Shown piece after piece: positions 8,542-17,065 of a DNA stretch of 64,000 nt (position 1 is its first letter; each line of letters begins with the position of its first letter). Where the stretch lies: positions 14,001-78,000 of the forward strand of contig CAADYP010000006.1 in assembly GCA_900753315.1 (NCBI GenBank), in the 5' to 3' direction. Under the pieces are notes generated by a model. The model was not told the origin of the DNA, made no database searches, and was given only the letters and a program-made list of their open reading frames with translations. The position numbers and the translations under genes were made by a program. Source of the DNA: Clostridia bacterium (lineage in GTDB: Bacteria; Bacillota; Clostridia; Christensenellales; UBA1242).

Positions 8542-8651
8542 ATTACGCTCCTAAACATGCTATATAATACCAAAAAACGCAAGAAAAAACAAGCAATTCG
8601 GCTGTTTTGACAAACAAAAAAAGCATTTTTTACAAAAAAGAAAAAGAAGAG

Positions 8652-9149
8652 TTATTTCTCTTCCTTTTTATTTTCTCTTTCAAATTCAGTAATTATCCCA
8701 ACAATGTGGTTGTGTCTATATTTTCTCTTAATTTTTTGCATGAATCCAGGAAATTTTTCTTTGGCATCATATTTGTCAATCGTGCTTGACATTGAGTCAA
8801 CCATAACCTTTCCAGCTTTTCGTCTATCAACTTGTTTTGCAACAATATCAGTCGTTTTTGAATTTTGCACAGCATAGATGCATTGTTTTGTATTTTTCTT
8901 TTTGTCTTTGAGCAGAACAATTATGTCGACAATAAAGAATATCAAAAATACCCCGCCAAAACCGACATAATACAAATTGAAACCAGACAAAATGATGAAA
9001 AGCAAAAGAAGTGCAGCAAAAAGCAAAAGAGAAAAAAGTGCATATCTAACATTGTTTTTTGCACTCTCAACACCATTTTTACCTTCAACAAACATCAAAT
9101 GGTATTTTCCTTCAACATTCTCAATATTGTCGATGTTAAGTCTTGCCAT
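8652..9149 (-). CDS. Hypothetical membrane protein (two TM helices, basic C-terminal domain)
   Basis: Start moved to ATG 9149 (MARLNIDN), which is preceded by AAGGAGAG. The track start at 9164 is a TTG inside the RBS. An upstream TTGACA-17-TAAAAT promoter-like element lies near 9170-9200. Confidence 0.65.
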   Translation of the reverse strand: MARLNIDNIENVEGKYHLMFVEGKNGVESAKNNVRYALFSLLLFAALLLLFIILSGFNLYYVGFGGVFLIFFIVDIIVLLKDKKKNTKQCIYAVQNSKTTDIVAKQVDRRKAGKVMVDSMSSTIDKYDAKEKFPGFMQKIKRKYRHNHIVGIITEFERENKKEEK

Positions 9150-9241
9150 AACTCTCCTTATCAATCAAAACAATTTTAACACACATTTTTTGTGCTGTCA
9201 AACATATACTTAAAAATTTTTAAATATCTCAAAAATCGCGA

Positions 9242-10429
9242 TTAGCGTCTTAAAATATCTCCTTCTTTCAATGCAAATTTGCAAGGAACAACAACCTTTT
9301 CTTGCACAACTTTTGCAGAATCAAGAGATTGTCCAAGATGATTTGTTATTTTTTCTATTTTCAATTTTTTGTTGAATGTGTTTTTATCTGGACTCAAAAT
9401 TTCAAGTTCGTCACCAACTGAAAATTTGTTTCTCATTTCAAGTTCAACTTCTCCATTTGATGCATCTTTTGACACAACAGCCACAAACTCACTTTCTTGC
9501 ACTGGCATAGAATCTTCAGTGTATTGTTTTTCTTCATCATTGAAATAAAAACCTGTTGTATATCTTCTATGACTTGCTTTAAAGAGTTCTTTGCAAAGTT
9601 TTTCATCTGGCTTTTTAGGAAGCATATCCAAAGCCATACGATAAGCATTTACGACAGTCGCAACATAATAAGAAGACTTCATTCTTCCTTCAATTTTCAC
9701 GCTATCTACACCAGCATCTTTCAAAAGCCCAAGATATGGAAGCATATTCAAATCTTTTGAGTTAAAAATATAAGAGCCTTTTTCATCTTCTTGAACTTCC
9801 ATTTCGTCTTCACGACTAACTTCTCTAACCATATATTTCCATCTGCAAGCCTGAACACATTCACCATGATTTGAATCTCTTCCAGTAAGGTAGTTTGAAA
9901 GCAAGCATCTTCCAGAATAAGCCATACACATAGCACCATGCACAAAGACTTCAATTTCAACTTTTGCAGGAACATTTTTTCTGATTTGTTTGATTTCTTC
10001 CAATGAAAGTTCTCTTGCCAAAATCAATCTTTTTGCTCCAAGGTCAGCCATCAAATTTGCAGAATAAGAATTGATAATGTTTGCCTGTGTGCTCACATGA
10101 ACATCAAGCATTGGAGCATGCACTCTAACAAATTGAAGCATTCCAATATCAGCCACAATTACAGCGTCAACTTTTGCATCTTCCAAAAATTTCAAATAGT
10201 CCTTCAAACCTTCAAAATCCTTGTCTTTTGCAATAATATTGAGCGTAATATAAACCTTTTTGCCCTTGCTGTGTGCAATTTCAACGGTCTTAACAATCTC
10301 TTCATTTGAAAAGTTCCCTGCAAATGCACGAAGTCCATAACGGCCACCTGCGAGATATACTGCATCTGCTCCAAAATGCATTGCGGTTAAAAACTTCTCA
10401 AAATTTCCTGCTGGTGCCAAAAGTTCCAT
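9242..10429 (-). CDS. Peptidase U32 family protein (YrrN/YrrO / TrhP-type, linked to tRNA 5-hydroxyuridine formation in other bacteria)
   Basis: 395 aa. MELLAPAGNFEKFLTAMHFGADAVYLAG.., then a typical U32 core with Cys-rich AMCMAYSGRCLLSNY..ECVQACRW. Confidence 0.85.
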   Translation of the reverse strand: MELLAPAGNFEKFLTAMHFGADAVYLAGGRYGLRAFAGNFSNEEIVKTVEIAHSKGKKVYITLNIIAKDKDFEGLKDYLKFLEDAKVDAVIVADIGMLQFVRVHAPMLDVHVSTQANIINSYSANLMADLGAKRLILARELSLEEIKQIRKNVPAKVEIEVFVHGAMCMAYSGRCLLSNYLTGRDSNHGECVQACRWKYMVREVSREDEMEVQEDEKGSYIFNSKDLNMLPYLGLLKDAGVDSVKIEGRMKSSYYVATVVNAYRMALDMLPKKPDEKLCKELFKASHRRYTTGFYFNDEEKQYTEDSMPVQESEFVAVVSKDASNGEVELEMRNKFSVGDELEILSPDKNTFNKKLKIEKITNHLGQSLDSAKVVQEKVVVPCKFALKEGDILRR

Positions 10430-10436
10430 AATTTTT

Positions 10437-11300
10437 CTACTCCTTCAAATCTTTCGTTTTTTCATCTATTTTTTTTCTTAAATTTTTATTTTTCGTTTTG
10501 GGTTTTGATTTCAAATTTTCTTCAAGCGGATTTTCGCTATCTTTTTCTATTTCAATTACCTTTTCATCATCGCCATAATTTTCTTTTTCTTCAATCTCAT
10601 TTTTCTCATCCTTGGCAGGCTTTTGTGTCCTTTTCAATTTTGCCCAGTTTACAATTCCAAAAATGTTTAAAATCAAAAAGATGCAATAACACAAAACTGT
10701 TGGCAAAAGTGACATGTCGCCTATTGAGACTATCAAACCTGTCCAAAGCCCAATGCAAATCATATTTGAAATCATATAGAAAACAAAACTATACTCACAT
10801 CGTCTTACCAAAAGATATCCTGCCGTCATTGTAAACACAACTGAAAATGTGCTTAAAATCAAATTCGCAGTGTTAAATGCTTTAAGCAAGAAGTAAACGC
10901 CAACTCCAACAACTGCCATAACGACAAGAGTTATCGCCCATTCAAGCAATCCAAAATTTCTTTTGTTTACTTTCACAACATTTGCATCCTGTCTATTTTT
11001 TATCCAAGTGAAAATTGCAATCAAGTAAAGTGGAATCGTCACACATGCACACACAATCACTTCACCAAAATATCTGTTTTGTGCAGACAAAATGCAATAA
11101 ACAATCCCTTGAACAATGCCCAAAATTTGCCCAATAATCAAACCTTTTGAAACAAAGAAAACAGCGACAATTCCAATCAATGAATTGCAAATTACAACAG
11201 CAGAAGAGTGTTCAACAACACTCACTGCGATCAAAGTCACAGCAAAAACTGCCATCATAGCCCATTCATACCATTTTATGTTTTCAAAAAATTTCTTCAA
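10437..11300 (-). CDS. pnuC: PnuC-type nicotinamide riboside transporter with a 65-aa K/E-rich C-terminal tail
   Basis: 7-TM-like profile with W-x-x-N motifs (FTWIKNRQ, IVNWAKL). TTG start preceded by AAGGA. Confidence 0.6.
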   Translation of the reverse strand: MKKFFENIKWYEWAMMAVFAVTLIAVSVVEHSSAVVICNSLIGIVAVFFVSKGLIIGQILGIVQGIVYCILSAQNRYFGEVIVCACVTIPLYLIAIFTWIKNRQDANVVKVNKRNFGLLEWAITLVVMAVVGVGVYFLLKAFNTANLILSTFSVVFTMTAGYLLVRRCEYSFVFYMISNMICIGLWTGLIVSIGDMSLLPTVLCYCIFLILNIFGIVNWAKLKRTQKPAKDEKNEIEEKENYGDDEKVIEIEKDSENPLEENLKSKPKTKNKNLRKKIDEKTKDLKE

Positions 11301-11318
11301 TGTTTTTCCTTTTGTTTA

Positions 11319-12377
11319 TTAGATGCTTACAGTTGGTTTTGCGGTAAGAGTCAAATCAGCAAAACCTTTGTCAGCCAAGATATAATAATATGCAATTGAA
11401 CCAATCATTGCCCCATTGTCAGTGCAATATTTAAGGTCTGGCATGAAAATTTGAATGCCATTTTTTTCACATTCTGCTTTCAATTTTTCACGTAATCTGC
11501 TGTTTGCACCCACACCACCAGCAATAACCAATTTATTTTTGCCGAGTTTCTGGCATGATTTTATGGTTTTGTCGCAAAGTTCGTCAGTAACGAGTTCTTG
11601 AAACGAACAAGCGACATCTGCTTTTGAATATTCTTCATTCTTTTGTTCTTTGTTGTGGACATAATTTACCACAGCAGTTTTAAGCCCACTAAAAGAGAAA
11701 TTGAAAGTGTCTTTAAGTGGCGTTTTATAATTGAATTTCACAACATTTTGGCCTTGCTTGGCAAGTCTGTCAATGTTTGGTCCACCAGGATAACTTAATC
11801 CAAGCACTCTTGCGACTTTGTCAAAGCATTCTCCAACAGAATCGTCCACAGTTGAGCCAATCATATTAAAATCACAATAATCTTTCACTTCGACCAAAGC
11901 AGTATGTCCACCACTTACCATCAAGCACATAAAAGGTGGAACAAGGTCAAGGTGAGAAATATAATTTGCACCGATGTGCCCATGAACATGACTGACAGCA
12001 ATCAAAGGGACATTCAATGCATAAGCCAAAGTTTTTGCAAAGTTTACTCCAACCAAAAGTGCTCCAACAAGTCCAGCGCCATATGTTACAGCCACAGCAT
12101 CAACATCTTGCAAAGTCTTTCCGCTTGGTTTCAGCGCTTCTTTCAAAACCATAGGAATGTTTTTTATATGGTTTCTTGAAGCAACTTCTGGCACAACTCC
12201 CCCGAAAAGTTTGTGAATTTCAATTTGAGTTGAAACAATATTTGCCAACACCTCTCTCCCATTTTTTACTAAAGCGATAGAAGTCTCGTCACATGAAGAC
12301 TCAATAGACAAAATCAAAACATTCTTTTTTGTCTTCAATTTTTCAAATTTTTCTCGTGCTATTTCCAAATAACTCAT
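11319..12377 (-). CDS. tsaD: tRNA N6-adenosine threonylcarbamoyltransferase
   Basis: 352 aa. ILSIESSCDETSIALV..HVHGHI..GGVGANSRLR (Kae1/TsaD signature). The start ATG overlaps the prfB TGA (ATGA... TGATG arrangement). Confidence 0.93.
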   Translation of the reverse strand: MSYLEIAREKFEKLKTKKNVLILSIESSCDETSIALVKNGREVLANIVSTQIEIHKLFGGVVPEVASRNHIKNIPMVLKEALKPSGKTLQDVDAVAVTYGAGLVGALLVGVNFAKTLAYALNVPLIAVSHVHGHIGANYISHLDLVPPFMCLMVSGGHTALVEVKDYCDFNMIGSTVDDSVGECFDKVARVLGLSYPGGPNIDRLAKQGQNVVKFNYKTPLKDTFNFSFSGLKTAVVNYVHNKEQKNEEYSKADVACSFQELVTDELCDKTIKSCQKLGKNKLVIAGGVGANSRLREKLKAECEKNGIQIFMPDLKYCTDNGAMIGSIAYYYILADKGFADLTLTAKPTVSI

Positions 12378-13484
12378 CAGTTTTTCACACTTGTCCTTTT
12401 AAGATATTCATTGATAAAATCTTGAATATCCCCATTCATAACCGCCTGAACATCACTTGTCTCAAAGTTTGTTCTGTGGTCTTTCACCATTGTGTAAGGG
12501 CAAAAAACATAAGAACGAATTTGACTGCCCCACTCAATTTTCTTTACATCACCACGAATTGAAGCCAATTTTTCGAGTTCTTCCAATTCTTGTTTTTCGA
12601 CCAATTTTGAATACAACATTTTCATTGCTGTTTCTCTGTTTTGAATTTGTGAACGCTCTGTTTGACAAGCCACAATAATTCCAGAAGGAATATGTGTAAT
12701 TCTGATAGCAGATTCAGTTTTATTGACATGTTGTCCACCAGCACCAGAGCTTCTAAAAGTGTCAACTTTCAAATCTTCTGGACGAATAACAATGTCTGGT
12801 GCATCTTCAATTTCTGGCATAACTTCCAAAGAAGCAAAACTCGTATGTCTTCTTGAATTGGCATCAAATGGAGAAATTCTCACAAGTCTGTGAACTCCTT
12901 TTTCTGCTTTCAAATATCCATAAGCATATTCACCAGAAACCAAAAATGAAATTGATTTCAAACCAGCTTCATCACCATCCAAAACATCCAAAACCTTGAT
13001 TTTGAATCCATTTTTTTCTGCATACATGCAATACATCCTGTAAAGCATATCTGTCCAATCTTGTGCTTCTGTTCCACCTGCACCCGCGTGCAATGTCAAA
13101 ATCGCATTATAGTTGTCATATTTTCCAGAGAGCAATGTTTCCAATTTTGCACTTTCAATTTCTTTTTCCAAAATTTCCAAAGTGCTGTTAAGTTCATCAT
13201 AAATCCCTTGGTCTTCAAGTTCTTCCAAGAGTTCTATACTTACTTCACAATTTTCAATTTGCGAGCCAAGTTTTTTTATTTCTTCCAATTTATATTCACA
13301 AAGTTTAACCTCTCTGCCCACCTTTGACACTTTTCTTGCATCATTGAAAAAACCGTCAGAGAGTTGTTCTTCTTTAAGTTCGTCCAAACGCTTTGTCAAA
13401 CTATCCGGGTCAAAGACACTCCTTGATAAATTTGTATTCTTCTTTAAGTTGTGATAACTTTTCTTTTTGCACGTCAACTATCAT
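12377..13484 (-). CDS. prfB: Peptide chain release factor 2, requires a programmed +1 frameshift at 13410-13415
   Basis: The downstream frame contains SPF and GGQ ([15 protein letters not shown]). Frame 0 starts at ATG 13484 ([24 protein letters not shown]) and stops at TGA in CTT TGA C, preceded by AAGGAG. The ORF-track start at 13477 is an artefact. Confidence 0.93.
13410..13424 (-). promoter_or_regulatory. RF2 autoregulatory +1 frameshift site (SD-like AAGGAG, TGT, CTT TGA C)
   Basis: Read directly from the minus strand: ATC AAG GAG TGT CTT TGA CCC. The architecture and spacing match the E. coli prfB site (AGGGGG TAT CTT TGA C). Confidence 0.9.
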
Positions 13485-13565
13485 AAAATTCTCCTAAAAA
13501 CATCTATATATAATAATAGCACATCACAATCAAAAAAGTAAAGGACAAAACAAAAAAGACAGAAA

Positions 13566-14873
13566 TCAATCTTCTGTCTTTTCAATTTGTTCTTGAACAT
13601 GAACTTTCTTAAATTCTTCATCTTGCTTGATAAGAGACTTCTCCACCCACATAAGACTGACACCATACATGACATACATTGCACAAACAAATCCAAGGGC
13701 AATTTTCAAAAACAAAGTGCTGCCATCTTGTATCATACTGTCAAAAAGTCCTGCAAGAAGAATGAAAAGTGATGATGTAATTCTTCCTGCTCCCAAAAAG
13801 AACTCCGCAAATGCGTTGCTCTCCAAGATGTGAGAATGTAAGGACAAAACTCTAACCACCCCGCCTCTTCTAGAATCAGAGATTGACATCAAAATAACAT
13901 TCAAAATTGCATAAATGCCATAGAAAATTATGATTGTAGTCTTGTTTGTTGCGCACAAAATTGCAATAACTGCAGCAGCAACCAAAATGATAGTTGGAAT
14001 AATGAAACCTTTTGCCCTTTTCTTTCGATAATGTCTCAAATATACAACCATTGTCAAAAGTGAGCAAGCGGTAAAGATAGATTGAAAAGTGCCCAAAGAT
14101 GCATTTGAATCGAAAGTTCTCATCACCAAAATTGTTATCAATGTCGTAAAACTGTCGTAAGACGCACCTCTAAAGAAATTGCTGATATAAACAAACCAGA
14201 GCGGTTTTGTCGTCTCTTTATTTTCTTTCATATACTTTCCAAATTCTCGCAAATTGAAAGAGAGTTTAAATTTTTTCTTTGGTTTAATCAAACAAGAAAA
14301 GATAATCAACGCCCCACATACTGCAAGCATAATGAGTGCTGCTACCGTAAAATCCATATCAACAACATAACCAAGTGAGATAGGAAAAACGATGTAAGTT
14401 ATTTGAAACATAATCCTCTTAACAGCGAAAAATCTCACCTGATGTTTACTACTTATTGTCTCTGCGGTCAAGCCATTGTAACCTGCTGAAAACAATCCAA
14501 ATCCAACTCCATAAAAAACAGCAATAAGTGGCACAAAGTCATACAAGATGTTGTATTTGCTCATGATGTAAACAAGAAAAACAACACCAGTCAAAATCAC
14601 AGAACCAATAGACACAAAAATGCTTTTTTTTATTTTTTTGAGTGCAAAACCAGTGACAGAATAAGACGAAGTCAAAACGAGATAATAAATCACATAAAAA
14701 AGACCAATTTTCAAAATATTTTGTGACACTTGAACAGATGAAGAGATATCTCCCGTGTTTAAAATTTTTGAGACAAAAAACAAATCAATAAAGATACAAA
14801 TCACCGCCTGCAAGCAGTCGCACGCGATGATAGAAATGGCACTAATATCAAAAATTTTGCTTTTGTTTTTCAT
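13566..14873 (-). CDS. Polytopic membrane transporter, MFS-like
   Basis: 435 aa with about 12 hydrophobic segments in two halves separated by a basic loop (KPKKKFKLSFNLREFGKYMKENKE). Confidence 0.55.
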   Translation of the reverse strand: MKNKSKIFDISAISIIACDCLQAVICIFIDLFFVSKILNTGDISSSVQVSQNILKIGLFYVIYYLVLTSSYSVTGFALKKIKKSIFVSIGSVILTGVVFLVYIMSKYNILYDFVPLIAVFYGVGFGLFSAGYNGLTAETISSKHQVRFFAVKRIMFQITYIVFPISLGYVVDMDFTVAALIMLAVCGALIIFSCLIKPKKKFKLSFNLREFGKYMKENKETTKPLWFVYISNFFRGASYDSFTTLITILVMRTFDSNASLGTFQSIFTACSLLTMVVYLRHYRKKRAKGFIIPTIILVAAAVIAILCATNKTTIIIFYGIYAILNVILMSISDSRRGGVVRVLSLHSHILESNAFAEFFLGAGRITSSLFILLAGLFDSMIQDGSTLFLKIALGFVCAMYVMYGVSLMWVEKSLIKQDEEFKKVHVQEQIEKTED

Positions 14874-14983
14874 TATTTCCTCAAAAGATTATACAAAAAA
14901 TTATTTACATTATGATTATAACAAACAGCATAACAAAATCAAAAAGAAAATTAAAAAAATCACAAGAATTTTACAAAACACTA

Positions 14984-15012
14984 TTGCAATTGACAGCAAA
15001 TTGAGTTATTAT
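14984..15012 (+). promoter_or_regulatory. Promoter-like element for the 74-aa/278-aa gene pair
   Basis: TTGCAA, 17 nt spacer, TATTAT, then AGGAGAAGG RBS and ATG at 15030. The spacer contains TTGACAGCAA (see findings). Confidence 0.4.
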
Positions 15013-15029
15013 TGACATAGGAGAAGGAT

Positions 15030-15254
15030 ATGGGAGATTTAATAAAGGAGTTTGAAAAACTCACACAGACTGACATTTCAAATTTCAGTCTTGAAGAACA
15101 ACAGGATTTTTACAAAAATTCAATAAGAGATTTAGATGTTGTTATGAACAATAAAAACATCGACCTTTATTTTTACGAACAGTTGCTTGAAATAAAAAGA
15201 AACCTGCTTGCAAAATTGTATGCAACAAAATTAAATACTGACGAAGGAGAGTAA
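15030..15254 (+). CDS. Small acidic helical protein (hypothetical; possible partner/antitoxin of the downstream PIN-like protein)
   Basis: 74 aa with a good RBS (GGAGAAGG). The stop lies 2 nt before the next ATG. Confidence 0.6.
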   Translation: MGDLIKEFEKLTQTDISNFSLEEQQDFYKNSIRDLDVVMNNKNIDLYFYEQLLEIKRNLLAKLYATKLNTDEGE

Positions 15255-15256
15255 AA

Positions 15257-16093
15257 ATGGGGAAATCATCATCACGCAGAACAAACGCATTTTTGAAAAG
15301 CAAAAAGAAAGAGCGCTATGGAAGACACACGCCAATGCATAGTGGCAACACCCCAATTTTCAGAAATGAAGACAAACGCAAAAATGGAGAAATTACATAT
15401 GTTGCTGTTGACTCATGCATTTTGATTGACATGATGCACATGGTCGGAGGACATTCAATAAAGTATAAAGATGCCGCATATTTCTCAAAACTTAGAAGAC
15501 TTCTTGACAACTGTGTTTTTGACGAAAATGGCAATAGAAGAAAAAATGGAAGAATTGTTTTATGCTTACTCCCAAGCGTAAAAAGAGAACTTTCTGATGA
15601 ATCTGGTCAACTTCATGCAAGCATAAAGAATTTTATTGAAAACCGCACATTAGAATTGAAAATTAGCGAAGAATATTCCCACACATTCAATAAAAAGGTT
15701 GAAAAACTCGTAAAAGAATATGCAAAGAAAGGTTACTTTTTGGACAAAGAAAAAACACCAACTATGGACGCCTATCATGTTGCACAATCTTCAATTCTCA
15801 ATATTACACTTATTTCAAGAGATAAACACATCACCAAAGATTTTAGAGATAGAAAACCAGAAAAGAAAATAGAGCAAGTAAAATTTGTAAATCGCAGACA
15901 ACTCAATGGCGACTTTGATGGATTGCAATCAGAATCGAGAACTGTTCACAATTTCTTTAAACTTTATGACAAAAGCGAAAGATTTCCAAGTCTTGAAAAT
16001 TTTGTTATCCTTGAAAGAAAAACTCAAGAAACATTGCTCAACAAATTCAATTATCATTCACCAAAAAAGCCTGCATACGATTTGGGATTTTAA
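15257..16093 (+). CDS. PIN-like nuclease domain protein with a basic N-terminal tail
   Basis: 278 aa. Acidic PIN-type positions can be placed at YVAVDSCILID, PSVKRELSD, TMDAYHVAQSS and TLISRDKHI. The N-terminus MGKSSSRRTNAFLKSKKKERYGRH is strongly basic. Confidence 0.5.
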   Translation: MGKSSSRRTNAFLKSKKKERYGRHTPMHSGNTPIFRNEDKRKNGEITYVAVDSCILIDMMHMVGGHSIKYKDAAYFSKLRRLLDNCVFDENGNRRKNGRIVLCLLPSVKRELSDESGQLHASIKNFIENRTLELKISEEYSHTFNKKVEKLVKEYAKKGYFLDKEKTPTMDAYHVAQSSILNITLISRDKHITKDFRDRKPEKKIEQVKFVNRRQLNGDFDGLQSESRTVHNFFKLYDKSERFPSLENFVILERKTQETLLNKFNYHSPKKPAYDLGF

Positions 16094-16149
16094 TAAAAGT
16101 CAAAACTTACAAAAGCAAAACAAAAAATACAAGAAGCGAAAATAAAAGC

Positions 16150-16177
16150 CGAGAATTTCAAGTTTCTCGACTTTTTT
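16150..16177. terminator. Bidirectional hairpin terminator between convergent genes
   Basis: CGAGAA-TTTCAAGT-TTCTCG, flanked by an A-run upstream and a T-run downstream. Confidence 0.6.
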
Positions 16178-16216
16178 CGTTTTTTGTTTTTTCAATCTAA
16201 ACCACTTTTTGCAAAA

Positions 16217-17065
16217 CTATTCTTTGCCTGCGTCTTTTGCATTTGCTGTGCTTTCTGCTTCACCTGTTTTTTCACTTGTTTCCAACGCTTTAGTTTGCAC
16301 AGCAAGTTTTTTGTTTTGTCTATTTGATACAATTTTTCTCACTACAAAATTTATCAAATAAATAAGTGCACACATTCCATAAACTGCAAAGAAAACAGCA
16401 AAAGGCATCAACCATTCTGGAACAAATGGAAATGTTGAACCAGTTATGAAGAACCAATCATAATGATGTCCATCTGGAATACCCAAATAAGCATAATTTC
16501 CAAAGAAAGCCCAAACAATCATAATAACAATACCAACAGCTTCCTTCCAAATTTCTTTGAAATTAAATTCTGCTTGATTTAAACTTATACTCAAAAATCC
16601 CCAAGCAAACATAAGTCCATGGTAGACAAAAGTTTGAACAACCTTATAGCACCAAGGAGTCACCCCACCCAATGCTGACCCAGGATATGTTATATACATC
16701 AACGAAGCAACAATCGCGAAACAAACGATCGCGTTTTTTATTGGCTTAAATTTTTTGTTGAATTGAGCAAATGGAATAAAAATTCCTGTCAATGTGCAGA
16801 TATGGAATGGCAATTTGTCAATATCAATTTTCCCTTGTGAAAATGGCATAATGAAGAAATCCAAAATATATATACCAATTGTCAAATAAGCCAAAATGTT
16901 TAACACTGTGACTTTTGTTTTTTCAGATTTTTTTCTAAATAAGAAATACGCTCCGAACGAAAGCCCCAATATCAACACTATCCACAAAATATGCCATATA
17001 GAAAAAAGTGTAATTTCAACCGAACCTGTAGATGTTCCAAAAATCTTTTTAAAAAATTCATTCAT
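16217..17065 (-). CDS. YwaF/TIGR02206-type integral membrane protein (paralogue 2)
   Basis: 282 aa. N-terminus MNEFFKKIFG..FSIWHILWIVLIL..FRKK and LPFHICTL motif as in YwaF-family proteins. AGGAGG RBS. Overlaps the upstream paralogue by 8 nt. Confidence 0.7.
   Translation of the reverse strand: MNEFFKKIFGTSTGSVEITLFSIWHILWIVLILGLSFGAYFLFRKKSEKTKVTVLNILAYLTIGIYILDFFIMPFSQGKIDIDKLPFHICTLTGIFIPFAQFNKKFKPIKNAIVCFAIVASLMYITYPGSALGGVTPWCYKVVQTFVYHGLMFAWGFLSISLNQAEFNFKEIWKEAVGIVIMIVWAFFGNYAYLGIPDGHHYDWFFITGSTFPFVPEWLMPFAVFFAVYGMCALIYLINFVVRKIVSNRQNKKLAVQTKALETSEKTGEAESTANAKDAGKE

Noticed and set aside
8542-8651. Possible T-box leader upstream of alaS
   Set aside because: Only about 110 nt are available. 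I could not find a T-box sequence (AATTAGGGTGGTACCGCG-like), a specifier-loop arrangement, or a terminator/antiterminator pair.
13481-13702. 73-aa minus-strand ORF upstream of prfB
   Set aside because: It overlaps the 3' end of the MFS-like gene and the true prfB frame-0 start. It is explained by the RF2 frameshift architecture.
14986-15001. Identical 16-mer GCAATTGACAGCAAAT at 14986 and 27959, considered as attL/attR-type direct repeats bracketing a 13-kb element
   Set aside because: The interval contains core genes (smpB, ssrA, rnr, secG, pyk, miaA) and no integrase. A rough estimate suggests about one such chance match in a window of this size and composition. I kept only the local motif clustering, as a low-interest finding.
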